From NCBI GenBank assembly GCA_963770895.1, contig CAVYRF010000002.1, positions 1,824,001 to 1,888,000 of the forward strand: a stretch of DNA of 64,000 bases, written 5' to 3'. Positions 18,822-27,581 of this stretch are shown in pieces; the first letter of the stretch is position 1; each line of letters begins with the position of its first letter. The notes under the pieces are model-generated. The model ran no database searches and was not told the DNA's origin. It saw only the letters and a list, made by a program, of their open reading frames with translations. Source of the DNA: an uncultured Acidobacteriota bacterium (GTDB lineage Bacteria > Acidobacteriota > Thermoanaerobaculia > Multivoradales > UBA5704). Position numbers and translations under genes: made by a program.

Positions 18822-19879
18822 TTGGCCGTCGGCCATGTCAGTAGAGCCACTGGCGCGGCGGAGATAGCAGCTTCGGGACCGGTTGGCGCCGCGGCGGTCG
18901 TGCTCTCGTCGGCGACGGCCGAGAAGGTCCGCGTAATTCTCGTCGAGGGGACGGCCGCGGCGACCGCCCGCGCACACGCCGGCGACATCGCCTATTTTTG
19001 CGCGCTGCCTGCGCACTACCCGGTGCCGCTGGCCGCGGTGGTGCAGTTCGTCACCGACCACCTGGAGGGCCTCCCCTCCGCGACCGAGCAAGCCTTGCTC
19101 GACCGAGCGGCGCGCCACCTGCCGGGCGGCAAGGCCAGGCCGGGACCGCACACCCTCTCCACGGTCACCCGCCGGCTCGCATCGCTCTCGAAGGCCCATC
19201 AGCTCGCCGGCGTCGCCAACCCCTGCCAGCGTCCCGAGCTACGCGAGCTGCTGGCGCGCGCCCGCCGGCGGCAGGTCCGCCGCGAGATCCTGCCGCGGCG
19301 CAAGCGTGCCGCCACCCGCGACGTGCTCGACGCCATGCTCGCCACCTGCGATGAACGCCTCGCCGGCGTCCGCGATCGGGCGCTGTTGCTCTTCGCCTTC
19401 GGTTCCGGCGGCCGCCGTCGCTCCGAGGTCGCCGCGGCGCGCGTCGAGGACCTGGTGCCGGTCGAGGGTGGGTATCTCTTCCGCCTGCGACGCAGCAAGA
19501 CCGACCAGGCCGGCGCCGGCGTCGAGCTACCCGTCGTCGGCCGCGCCGGCCGCGCGCGCGCCCTTTGGATCGCCAGCGCAGGTCTGACCGCCGGCCCGCT
19601 CTTTCGCCCGCTCTCATGGCATCGCCGCGGCGATGCCGGTATTTCGGACCGCAGCGTCGCCGGCATCGTCAAAGCTCACGCTGCCCTCGCCGGCTACGAT
19701 CCGCGGGAGTTTGGCGGCCACAGCCTGCGCGCAGGCTTCGTCACCACCGCTGGCCGCCAGGGCGTGAGCTTGGGCGACACAATGGCCCTTTCCGGCCACC
19801 GCAGCACCGCTGTAGCTCTTCGGTATCACCAGGCCGGCGCGCCGCGCTGCACAACCCCGCCGCTCGTCTTGCGGACTGA
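18822..19879 (+). pseudogene. Cre-like tyrosine recombinase/integrase with apparent frameshifts at both ends
   Basis: RDRALLLFAFGSGGRRRSE, RSKTDQ, GHSLRAGF, SGH and RY catalytic motifs. The likely ATG (18835) is out of frame, and the natural end AALHNPAARLAD* (TGA 19877-19879) is shifted by an extra GC at ~19839, giving read-through to 20630. Confidence 0.8.
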
Positions 19880-20001
19880 TTTGGCGGCCGGCGCCGCGCT
19901 ACACAACCCTCCCGCGGCGGCGGCCTTCAGAGAGCGGCGGGACGCGGCAGGACGGCGGTGCGCTCCACCTGGCCCAGCACCCGCCGCGCCTGATCGAGGG
20001 T

Positions 20002-20770
20002 CGCCAGCCGCCTCCGGCGGGTCTTGGATTGCCAGCTCGATCGCGGCGCCCCGGCCGCTGCTGGTCGCCGGCAGCACCCACGCTCCCGAGGAACGCTGGC
20101 TCATTACGGCCATGGCGCGGCTCGTCCGGCCGGAGCAGCGGCCCCGCCAGACGACGGCGATCTCGCTGCCGCGCTGTGCCGACGAGCCGCGGGCGCGGTA
20201 CCAGCCGCGGTTTGATCTCGCGCCGCGGTACCAGCCGCGGCTTGTCCTGGCGCCGCGCTCGATCGGCCGGGCGGCGGCGGTGGCGCGCCTGACGCGCCGC
20301 CACGGATTGCGCTGCCAGATGTGGAGCGAGCAGCCCGGCGGCGACGATTGGGACGTGTTGGTGCTCGATCAGCTTGGCCCCCTGGCGGCCCTCTATCCCG
20401 GCGCCGCGCTGGCGTTCGTCGGCGGCACGCTGGCCCGGCGCGGCGGCCATTCGCCACTGGAGGCCGCGGCATGCGGCGTGCCGCTCCTGGTGGGGTTGCG
20501 GCCGTCGCCGCACGGCTCGACCTGGCCGGCGGCCTACAGACCGTGGGCAACGCCCGCCAGCTGGCGGCCGCATGGCAGTCGCTGCTGGCCGACCTGCCCC
20601 GCCGGCGCCGCATGCGCAGCGCGCTGCTGACCGCGACCCGCGACGGCCGCGACATCGCGGCGCGCTATGCCCGCGCGCTGCTGGCCGGCGGACCGGGGAT
20701 CGCGGATGCCGCGGCCGCGGCGCCGCCGGCGGGCGGCGCGAAGGCCGCGGCCAGCTCGCGCCGGCCGTAG
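20002..20770 (+). pseudogene. Decayed 3' half of duplicated waaA
   Basis: Retains VAGSTHAPEE..AFVGGTL but has no N-terminal domain. A 16-nt deletion (ccgcaccgccagcaca) near 20495 causes a frameshift. Confidence 0.85.
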
Positions 20771-21628
20771 CGCTCGACCGTGCCGTCCGGCCGATGCTTC
20801 CAGCGCCAGTGGACCCAGCGCCACTGCAGCGGATCGTCGCGCACCCACCCCTCGTAGATCGCGACCAGCTGCCGCGTCAGCTCCACGATCGCTTCGGGGC
20901 CGCGGCCCGCAGTTTCGACCTGGTGCAGGCGGATCAGGAACGGCACCGGCCCCGGCCGGCGCACCGCGGCGCCGACGACCAGCGGCGCGCCGCTCGCCAG
21001 GGCCAGCAGGGCCGCCGTCTTGTGGGTCGAAGCCGGGCGGCCGAAGAAGTCGACGTACACCCCGCGCGGACCGCCGTTTTCGTCCAGCAGCAGCAGCACG
21101 CTATGGCCGGCGCGCAGGCGTTGCAGGGCCGGGGCGGCGCCGCCGCGCTTCTCGATCCACTGCTCGGGGCGGCCGCCGCGCACGCGGCGCGCCAGCGCTT
21201 CCAGGTAGGGGTTGTCGATGCTGCGGGCCAGCGCCGCGCCGCGGCCGCCGGTTGCCAGGTCGAGGAGCAGACCCAGGACTTCCCACGAGCCTAAGTGGCC
21301 GGTGACGAAGACCTTCGGCCGCGGGTCGGCCAGCAGCCGCTCGGCCAGGGCGGGGTCCTCGGCGCGGTACAACCGGCGCCACCTGCCGCCGCCGCGCCGG
21401 TGCCGGCGCGCAAACTGGATGGCCTCGGCCAGGCTGCGCCCCAACGAGCCGTAGGCGCGCACCGCGAAGCGGCGGGCGGTGCTCCGGTCGATGGCCGCGC
21501 CGTAGGCACGGCGCAGGTTGATCATGCCGGTGCGCCGCGCGTGCCCCCAGCCGACGCAGATCAGGCGGCCGTAGAAATCGCCCAGCGCGCCCGCCGCGCG
21601 CCACGACAGCAGCCAAAGCGGCAGCGCC
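20002..21628. repeat. Right copy of the long direct repeat
   Basis: Aligns with 16592-17832. Confidence 0.9.
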
Positions 21629-21816
21629 AGCAGCAGCACCAGCGCCGTGGCCGCCAGGTCGCGCGCCGCCAGCAGCCCGCGCAGCAAGGCTGGCGCCGGC
21701 GGCCGCGATCGGGGAAGACCGTCGCCCACCGGCGGCGCCGATCGGGGAGCACCGCCGCCGGGCGGCGGCATTGACTCGGGAGTAACACCGCCGGGCGGCG
21801 GCGGGGCGGCGCTCAC
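20665..21816 (-). CDS. lpxL: Lipid A biosynthesis late acyltransferase (LpxL/LpxP family)
   Basis: INLRRAY, VTGHLGSWE, LLLDEN...VDFFGRPAST and DPLQWRWVHWRWK motifs. GTG start overlaps the upstream TGA. Confidence 0.88.
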   Translation of the reverse strand: MSAAPPPPGGVTPESMPPPGGGAPRSAPPVGDGLPRSRPPAPALLRGLLAARDLAATALVLLLALPLWLLSWRAAGALGDFYGRLICVGWGHARRTGMINLRRAYGAAIDRSTARRFAVRAYGSLGRSLAEAIQFARRHRRGGGRWRRLYRAEDPALAERLLADPRPKVFVTGHLGSWEVLGLLLDLATGGRGAALARSIDNPYLEALARRVRGGRPEQWIEKRGGAAPALQRLRAGHSVLLLLDENGGPRGVYVDFFGRPASTHKTAALLALASGAPLVVGAAVRRPGPVPFLIRLHQVETAGRGPEAIVELTRQLVAIYEGWVRDDPLQWRWVHWRWKHRPDGTVERYGRRELAAAFAPPAGGAAAAASAIPGPPASSARA

Positions 21817-22730
21817 GGTGCCCCCGGCACGGCAGGCACATCCGGCGCATCCGGCGCATCCGGTACATCCGGCACATCCGGCAAGGCTGCGCTCTGGCGC
21901 CGGCCGGCCAGATAACCGGCCATCGCCGCCGCCGTGGCGCCCACCGCGCCGACGGTCCAGGCGAAGGTGCGCCATGGCTCGCGCAGGTAGGGATGGAGGA
22001 AGAAGCCGCCCACCAGGGTGGCGGCGACCACCAGCAGCGCCGCCAGCGTCCAGTCGACGGCGCGCGCCGCCAGCGGTCGGCTGCGCGACACCACCGCCTG
22101 CGCGGCCAGCAGGATCAGCACCAGCCCCAGCAGCACCGGAGGGTCGAAGCGCAGCCAGCGGACCAGCACGGACTGCGCCGAGAAGAGCCGGGCCGGGCCG
22201 TCTTCCAACCAGCCGGTGACCGGCTCGACGGCCAGCACCGCGAGCGCGCCGGCCGCCGCCAGCAGGGCGGCCCTGGTCGCGCCCCCGCGCTCGCGCACCG
22301 CGGCGCCGGCCCACAGCACGGCGGCGGCGGCCAGGGTGGCCGCCAGGAACAGGCGCGGCACCCCCATGGGAGCGTCGAAGCGCAGCGCCGCCAGTGCCGG
22401 CAGCGCCGCCATCGCCGACCGCGCCGCGAGCATGCGCGGCACCGCCAGCGCCGTCACCCAGGCCGTCGCCAACACCAGCACCTGCGCCAGGATCACCAGG
22501 CGCAGTCCGGACACCGCCAGCACCGCCCGCCAGGGGGCGAGCGGCGAGGGACCGCCGCGGGCGCGCAGCGCCCAGGACACCGCGGCGGCCTGCAGGCCCG
22601 GCACGACGATCAGCTCCACGAACGCCGCAAAGCGCAGGTCGAGCCCGGACGACAGCGCCAGGGAGACGACGGTGCGGGTCACCGCGAAGGCCGCCACCAG
22701 GACCAGCCACAAGGCCAGGAAGCGCTTCAC
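21813..22730 (-). CDS. Hypothetical polytopic membrane protein
   Basis: About 8-9 hydrophobic segments, GTGA coupling on both sides, and a C-terminal PDV/PDA 9-bp repeat. Confidence 0.75.
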   Translation of the reverse strand: MKRFLALWLVLVAAFAVTRTVVSLALSSGLDLRFAAFVELIVVPGLQAAAVSWALRARGGPSPLAPWRAVLAVSGLRLVILAQVLVLATAWVTALAVPRMLAARSAMAALPALAALRFDAPMGVPRLFLAATLAAAAVLWAGAAVRERGGATRAALLAAAGALAVLAVEPVTGWLEDGPARLFSAQSVLVRWLRFDPPVLLGLVLILLAAQAVVSRSRPLAARAVDWTLAALLVVAATLVGGFFLHPYLREPWRTFAWTVGAVGATAAAMAGYLAGRRQSAALPDVPDVPDAPDAPDVPAVPGAP

Positions 22731-23407
22731 CGCCGGACCTCCGCGGCTCCGGCCAGGGCGCCGGCCAGAGCGCCGGCCAGCCGCCGCTCCACCTCCGCGG
22801 CCAGGGCGTCCAGCTCGCCGAAGCCGGCGGTGGGCGGCACCGCCAGCGGCGGCGCCAGGGCGATCCGCACCTCGGCGAAGGGCAGGGGCAGGTAGATCCC
22901 CGACCAGGTGCCGGGGAAGCGCAGCCGGTGGCGTGCCGCCGCCGCCACCGGGCGGATCGGCCGGCCGCTTTCGCGGCTGCACACCAGCGCGCCCGGCCGC
23001 ACGCTGCCGCTGGGGCCGAGCGGTCCGTCGACGACCACCGCCAGCGGCCCGGGCGTGATGCGAAGCTGAGCCAGCAGCTGGCGCAACGCCGCCCAGCCGC
23101 CCCGCCGGCTCGAGCCGCGCACCACCTCGCAGCCGAGAGCGCCCAGCGCCGCGGCGGCCCAGTCGCCGTCGCGCCCCAGCGCCACCAGGGCGGTGAAGCC
23201 GCGCGCCGCGGCCAGGCCGGCCAGCGCCAGCGCATCGCGTTCACAGAGCGCGAAGATCTCGCCGGCAAACGCAAACGACCGCGGGTCGAAGCTGGCGCCG
23301 CTGTCGCTCAGGCCGCGCAGGCGCAGCGTCCGGTAGTAGGCGCGGTAGAGACGCGCCAGCGCCGGCACCAGCGGCACGACCAGGCGCCAGCCGCCGCCTT
23401 TTCTCAT
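22727..23407 (-). CDS. DUF374 / lysophospholipid acyltransferase-like protein
   Basis: RDGD, VVRGSSRRGG, VDGPLGP, PG and W..YLPLPF motifs. ATGA coupling to fabF. Confidence 0.85.
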   Translation of the reverse strand: MRKGGGWRLVVPLVPALARLYRAYYRTLRLRGLSDSGASFDPRSFAFAGEIFALCERDALALAGLAAARGFTALVALGRDGDWAAAALGALGCEVVRGSSRRGGWAALRQLLAQLRITPGPLAVVVDGPLGPSGSVRPGALVCSRESGRPIRPVAAAARHRLRFPGTWSGIYLPLPFAEVRIALAPPLAVPPTAGFGELDALAAEVERRLAGALAGALAGAAEVRR

Positions 23408-24729
23408 GGCTCCGCGCGCCGCAGCAGCAGGGATGCGCACTGGCCGCCGAACGCAAACGAATTGGACAGCGCGTACTCCAGGTCGGCCGGCGCCGGCCGC
23501 GCCTGGTTCGGCACGGTGTCCAGGCCGCATTCGGGGTCGGGGCGCTCCTGGTTGATGGTCGGATGGAGCGTGCCGCGGCGGAGGGTCAGGGCGGTCACGG
23601 CGGCCTCCACGGCGCCCGCGGCGACCGTCAGGTGGCCGATCATCGACTTGGTGGAGGACACCCCCACCGCCGCCAGCCGCGCGCCCAGCACGTGCCGCAA
23701 CGCCAGGCTCTCGATGCGGTCGTTGGCGGGCGTGGAGGTGCCGTGGGCGTTGACGTAGCCGATCGCTTCCGGCCCGACGCCGGCGTCGGCCAGGGCGCGG
23801 CGCATGGCGAGCTCGGCGCCCCGCCCGCCGGGGTGAGGGTCGGTGACGCGGTAGGCGTCGCAGGCCGAGCCGAAGCCCGCCACCTCGGCCAGGATCGCGG
23901 CGCCGCGCCGGCGGGCGTGCGCCAGCTCCTCCAGGACCAGGACCGCGGCGCCCTCGCCGAGCACGAAGCCGTCGCGGCAGGCGTCGAACGGCCGGCTGGC
24001 GCCGGCGGGGTCCTCGTTGCGGCGCGACAGCGCCCGCAGCAGGCAGAAGCTGGCCAGGCCCATGGGGTAGATCTCCGAGTCGGCCGCGCCGGCGAACACC
24101 AGGTCGGCGGCGCCGCTGCGTATCCAGCGAGCCGCATCGCCGATCGCCTGGGTGCCGGCGGCGCAGGCCGTCATCACCGCCTGCACCGGCCCGCCGGCGC
24201 ACTGCTGGCGCGCCACCAGGGCGGCGAGCGCGCCCGGCGAGCGGCGCTCGGCGGCGCGCGGCTCCATGGTTGCGGCGAGCCGGTCGGCAAAGGCCCGCGG
24301 CGCGAAGGCGCCCTGCGCGCCGGCGGCGGCGCAGGCGGCGAACAGCTCGCGGTGGCCGTAGGTGCCCAGCCCGGACGCGAACACCACCCCCACCCGGTCG
24401 GCCGGGACCTCCGCCGCCCGCGCGTCGCGGCCGGCCTGGGCCGCCGCCATCAGGCCGAAGCGGGCGATGCGCTCCAGGTCGTGCCAGAGCCGCGCGGCGA
24501 CGGTGCCGGCGGGAGGCTCGACCTCGCCGTCCGGCACCACGGCGGCGATGCGCGACGGAAAGGCCGCGGCGTCGAAGCGGCGGATCGCGGTGACCGCCGA
24601 GCGGCCCGCGACAAGGCTCTGCCAGAACCGCTCGACGTCGCAGCCGTGCGGCGTGACGACGCCCAGGCCGGTGATGACGACGCGGCGCCGCGCCGCGCCC
24701 GGCCGCAAGGGCTCCGCGGCGGCGCTCAC
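23404..24729 (-). CDS. fabF: Beta-ketoacyl-ACP synthase II
   Basis: RRVVITGLG, TACAAG (Cys), NAHGTST (His), KSMIGHL (His) and SNSFAFGG. Confidence 0.93.
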   Translation of the reverse strand: MSAAAEPLRPGAARRRVVITGLGVVTPHGCDVERFWQSLVAGRSAVTAIRRFDAAAFPSRIAAVVPDGEVEPPAGTVAARLWHDLERIARFGLMAAAQAGRDARAAEVPADRVGVVFASGLGTYGHRELFAACAAAGAQGAFAPRAFADRLAATMEPRAAERRSPGALAALVARQQCAGGPVQAVMTACAAGTQAIGDAARWIRSGAADLVFAGAADSEIYPMGLASFCLLRALSRRNEDPAGASRPFDACRDGFVLGEGAAVLVLEELAHARRRGAAILAEVAGFGSACDAYRVTDPHPGGRGAELAMRRALADAGVGPEAIGYVNAHGTSTPANDRIESLALRHVLGARLAAVGVSSTKSMIGHLTVAAGAVEAAVTALTLRRGTLHPTINQERPDPECGLDTVPNQARPAPADLEYALSNSFAFGGQCASLLLRRAEP

Positions 24730-25133
24730 GGCGTCTCCGGCAGCCTTGTTTCGAGGTAGGCGACGATCGTGCTCACGGTCACCAGGCGCGGCAGGTCCTG
24801 CTGGCGCACGCCGTCGGCAAAGCGATCCCAGCGGAACTCCGGCAGGCGCTCGCGCAGCGCGGCGACCCCGGCTTCCAGGCGCTCGGCGGTCACCTCGCCG
24901 GGACCGAAGCCGCCGCGCCAGATCTCTTCGTCCGGGATCTCGATGCCGAACTCGTCTTCGAGCCGGAAGGCGATGTCCATGAAGTCGATCGATTCGGCGC
25001 CCAGGTCGTCCACCAGCGACGAATACAGGTGGATCTCGCCGGTGGGCCGGTCCAGGGCCGCGGCCAGGATGGTCGCGACACGCGCCTCGATCTGGCGCGG
25101 CGCGGCTGCCGGCGTGGAGCCTTCGGCGGTCAT
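24726..25133 (-). CDS. Acyl carrier protein, long form with an insertion (135 aa)
   Basis: LVDDLGAESIDFMDIAFRLEDEFGIEIP with the Ser attachment site, a ~40-aa insert, then TVSTIVAYL. Confidence 0.9.
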   Translation of the reverse strand: MTAEGSTPAAAPRQIEARVATILAAALDRPTGEIHLYSSLVDDLGAESIDFMDIAFRLEDEFGIEIPDEEIWRGGFGPGEVTAERLEAGVAALRERLPEFRWDRFADGVRQQDLPRLVTVSTIVAYLETRLPETP

Positions 25134-26488
25134 GCGGGCTCTGCCCTGCCGGCCTGGAGTGCCGCGTCGCCGGCGCCTCCCCACCAGGGCGGCTCGCCGC
25201 AGCCGCCCGCGACGATCGCCAAACCGGCCGCCTGGCCCATCAGGCCGCGCCCGCTGCACAGCATGCGCGCGCCGGGTGCCGCGCCACGTCGGGCCGCGAT
25301 GTCGCCGGCGTCGTCGCGGTCGCCTCGGTACAGGGCCAGGGCGATCGCGATGGGGCCTTGCGCCGCCAGCGCGTGGCCCAGGCGCGCCGCGGGATCGAAC
25401 CAGCCGTCGAGCGCGCACCCGATCGACGCCAGGGCTCGCCGCTCCAAGCCGTGCCGCGCGGCAGACGCCGCGCCGCCGCTGATCAGCCAGGCCACCGAGC
25501 CGCTGTCCCAACCGGCCGCCGCCAGCGCCCGGCAAGCGGCGCGCGCCAGGGCGGACCGCGCTGGCGGCGGCGTGTCCGGCGCGGCGATCTCAGCCATCTC
25601 GGTGATCTCAGCCATCTCGGCCAGCGAGGAATATCCCAGAATCTCGCCGAGGACCGGGGCGCCGCGCCGCAGGGCGCGCTCGCGCTCTTCGAGCACCAGC
25701 ACGGCGGCGCCCTCGGCGAGCGGCGGCGCCGCGCCGGCGGGGCCGGCGAACAGACCGCGCTGGCGGTAGCTGGCCTGGTTGAGCGCGGTGGTGCCGACGT
25801 CGGCGCCGCCGGCGAGAACCACGTCGGCTTCGCCCTGCTGGATCCACAGGCAGCCTTCGCCGATGGCCTGGATGCCCGCCACCCAGTCGGTCATCACCGT
25901 CGAGTTGGGTCCCTGCAGCCCGAACTGGATCGCGACGTGGGCGCTGGTCATGTTGGGCAGTTGCACCACCAGCCAGAGCGGGTGCAGGCGCGTCAGGATG
26001 CGCTCGGCGAAAAACGGGATGTCGCCGGCCGATCGTTCCGCGGCATCGCCGGCAAGCGCGTCCGCGAGGTCCTGCGGGCAGGGATCGGAGCCGGAGGTTC
26101 CCAGCACGACGCCAAAGTCCGGCTGCTCGGCGCCGTCGCCCAACCCGGCGTCCGCCAGCGCCATCGCCGCCGCGGCGACCGCCAGCCGGGTGCGGCGGTC
26201 GCAAACCTTGATCGCCTTCGGCGTGCGGAAATAGCGGCGCACGTCGAGCTCCGGCACCGTCGTCGCCGGCGCCGCGCCGTCTCCCGCCGCGGCCATCCCT
26301 GCTGTCCCTGCCATCCCTGCGATCCCTGGAATCGCCGCCGGCGAGGATGCAACGCCGGCGGCGGTCTCGCCGCGCGCCAGGGCCCTGAGCGTCGACGCCA
26401 GGTCGACGCCGAGCGCCGTCACGGCGCCGACGCCGGTCACCACCACCCGGCGGCCCGCCGGCGCCGTGCCGCCCGCCACGTCACGCAT
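25130..26488 (-). CDS. Ketosynthase-fold protein lacking catalytic residues (chain-length-factor-like)
   Basis: RRVVVTGVG, LPNMTSAHVAI and GPNSTVMTDWVAG (Cys->Trp). LISGGAAS replaces NAHGTST. Confidence 0.85.
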   Translation of the reverse strand: MRDVAGGTAPAGRRVVVTGVGAVTALGVDLASTLRALARGETAAGVASSPAAIPGIAGMAGTAGMAAAGDGAAPATTVPELDVRRYFRTPKAIKVCDRRTRLAVAAAAMALADAGLGDGAEQPDFGVVLGTSGSDPCPQDLADALAGDAAERSAGDIPFFAERILTRLHPLWLVVQLPNMTSAHVAIQFGLQGPNSTVMTDWVAGIQAIGEGCLWIQQGEADVVLAGGADVGTTALNQASYRQRGLFAGPAGAAPPLAEGAAVLVLEERERALRRGAPVLGEILGYSSLAEMAEITEMAEIAAPDTPPPARSALARAACRALAAAGWDSGSVAWLISGGAASAARHGLERRALASIGCALDGWFDPAARLGHALAAQGPIAIALALYRGDRDDAGDIAARRGAAPGARMLCSGRGLMGQAAGLAIVAGGCGEPPWWGGAGDAALQAGRAEPA

Positions 26489-27581
26489 CGCCAGATGATC
26501 CGCTCCCATCCGGGCCGGCGGGGCCGGCGGCGGGCGCCGTGCCGCGCTCCAGGGCTCCCTCCAGGGCGGCGCAGCGCCGCTCCAGCGCCGCGATCCGCCG
26601 GCGCTGCTCCGGCAGCCGCCCGATCAGCGGGTAGGCGCGCCGCGCCTCGCTGGCGGCGATGGCCGGCGCCCCGAACCATTCGCCGCTGGCCAGGTCGCGG
26701 GTGACGCCGGCCTGCGCGCCGACCACCGTGTCGGGGGCCAGCTGGACGTGAGGAACCACGCCGGCCTGCCCCAGGAGCTTGGAGCGCGCGCCGATCTGGA
26801 CACTGCCCGAAATGCCGACCTGAGCCACCAGGCAGCTGTGCTCGCCGACGCTGCTGTTGTGGCCGACGTGCACCAGGTTGTCCAACTTGACGCCGGCCGC
26901 CAGCACGGTCGCGGCGAGCGTGCCGCGGTCGATGGTGCAGTTGGCGCCGATCTCCACGTCGTCGCCGATTTCGACGCCGCCGATCTGCGGCACCTTGAGC
27001 AGGCTGCCGTCGGCCTGCGGCTGGTAGCCGAAGCCGTCGCTGCCCACCACCGCGCCGGCGTGGATGCGCACCCGCCGCCCCACCCTGGTGCCGGGGTAGA
27101 GCGTGACGTGGGGAAAGATGACGCTGTCTTCGCCGATCACGACGTCCTCGCCGACAACCGCGTTGGCGTGGATCTCGACGCCGGCGGCCAACCGCGCGCC
27201 GGCACCGACGACGGCTCCGGCGGCGACGTGGACGCCGGGCGCCAGGGTCGCCGCCGGATCGACATGGGCCGCCGCCGCGACGCCGCTGCGGCGCCTCTCC
27301 GGGTGGAGCAGGTGGAGGAGGCTGACGAACGCCCGCTGCGGGTCGGCCAGCCGGATCACCGCCGCCGCTTGCACCGGCGTGTCGACATCGTCGGCCAACA
27401 CCAGCGCCGCGGCCGAGCTCGCCAGGTGGCGCAGCACGCGCGGATGGAAGACCACCGCGATGTCGTGCGCCGCGGCAGTCTCCGGCGGCTGCACGCGCAC
27501 GATGCGCAGGTCGGGGTCGCCTTCGAGGCGCCCCGCCAAGTGGTCGGCGATCTCGCGCAGCGACAGGCCCGGTTCGGTCAC
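26481..27581 (-). CDS. lpxD: UDP-3-O-acylglucosamine N-acyltransferase
   Basis: Hexapeptide repeats, GSDGFGY, KVPQIGGV, IGANCTIDRG and KLDNLVHVGHN. GTGA coupling. Confidence 0.93.
   Translation of the reverse strand: MTEPGLSLREIADHLAGRLEGDPDLRIVRVQPPETAAAHDIAVVFHPRVLRHLASSAAALVLADDVDTPVQAAAVIRLADPQRAFVSLLHLLHPERRRSGVAAAAHVDPAATLAPGVHVAAGAVVGAGARLAAGVEIHANAVVGEDVVIGEDSVIFPHVTLYPGTRVGRRVRIHAGAVVGSDGFGYQPQADGSLLKVPQIGGVEIGDDVEIGANCTIDRGTLAATVLAAGVKLDNLVHVGHNSSVGEHSCLVAQVGISGSVQIGARSKLLGQAGVVPHVQLAPDTVVGAQAGVTRDLASGEWFGAPAIAASEARRAYPLIGRLPEQRRRIAALERRCAALEGALERGTAPAAGPAGPDGSGSSGDA

Larger units (their letters stand above)
17833..20001. mobile_element. Small inserted element (RelE-like toxin, antitoxin-like gene, tyrosine recombinase) between long direct repeats
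   Basis: Unique ~2.2 kb, partly less GC-rich, bounded exactly by the ends of the duplicated segments. Confidence 0.7.

Noticed and set aside
18822-20630. 602-aa integrase-Kdo transferase fusion as a functional novel protein
   Set aside because: It arises from a frameshift reading into a decayed waaA half that itself frameshifts.
16592-21628. Duplication as a simple assembly artefact
   Set aside because: The copies differ by many SNPs and by complementary inactivating deletions, which fits real divergence. Read-level confirmation is still needed.
20665-23274. 869-aa giant acyltransferase
   Set aside because: The N-terminal ~486 aa overlap two real genes in other frames; the true start is GTG 21816.
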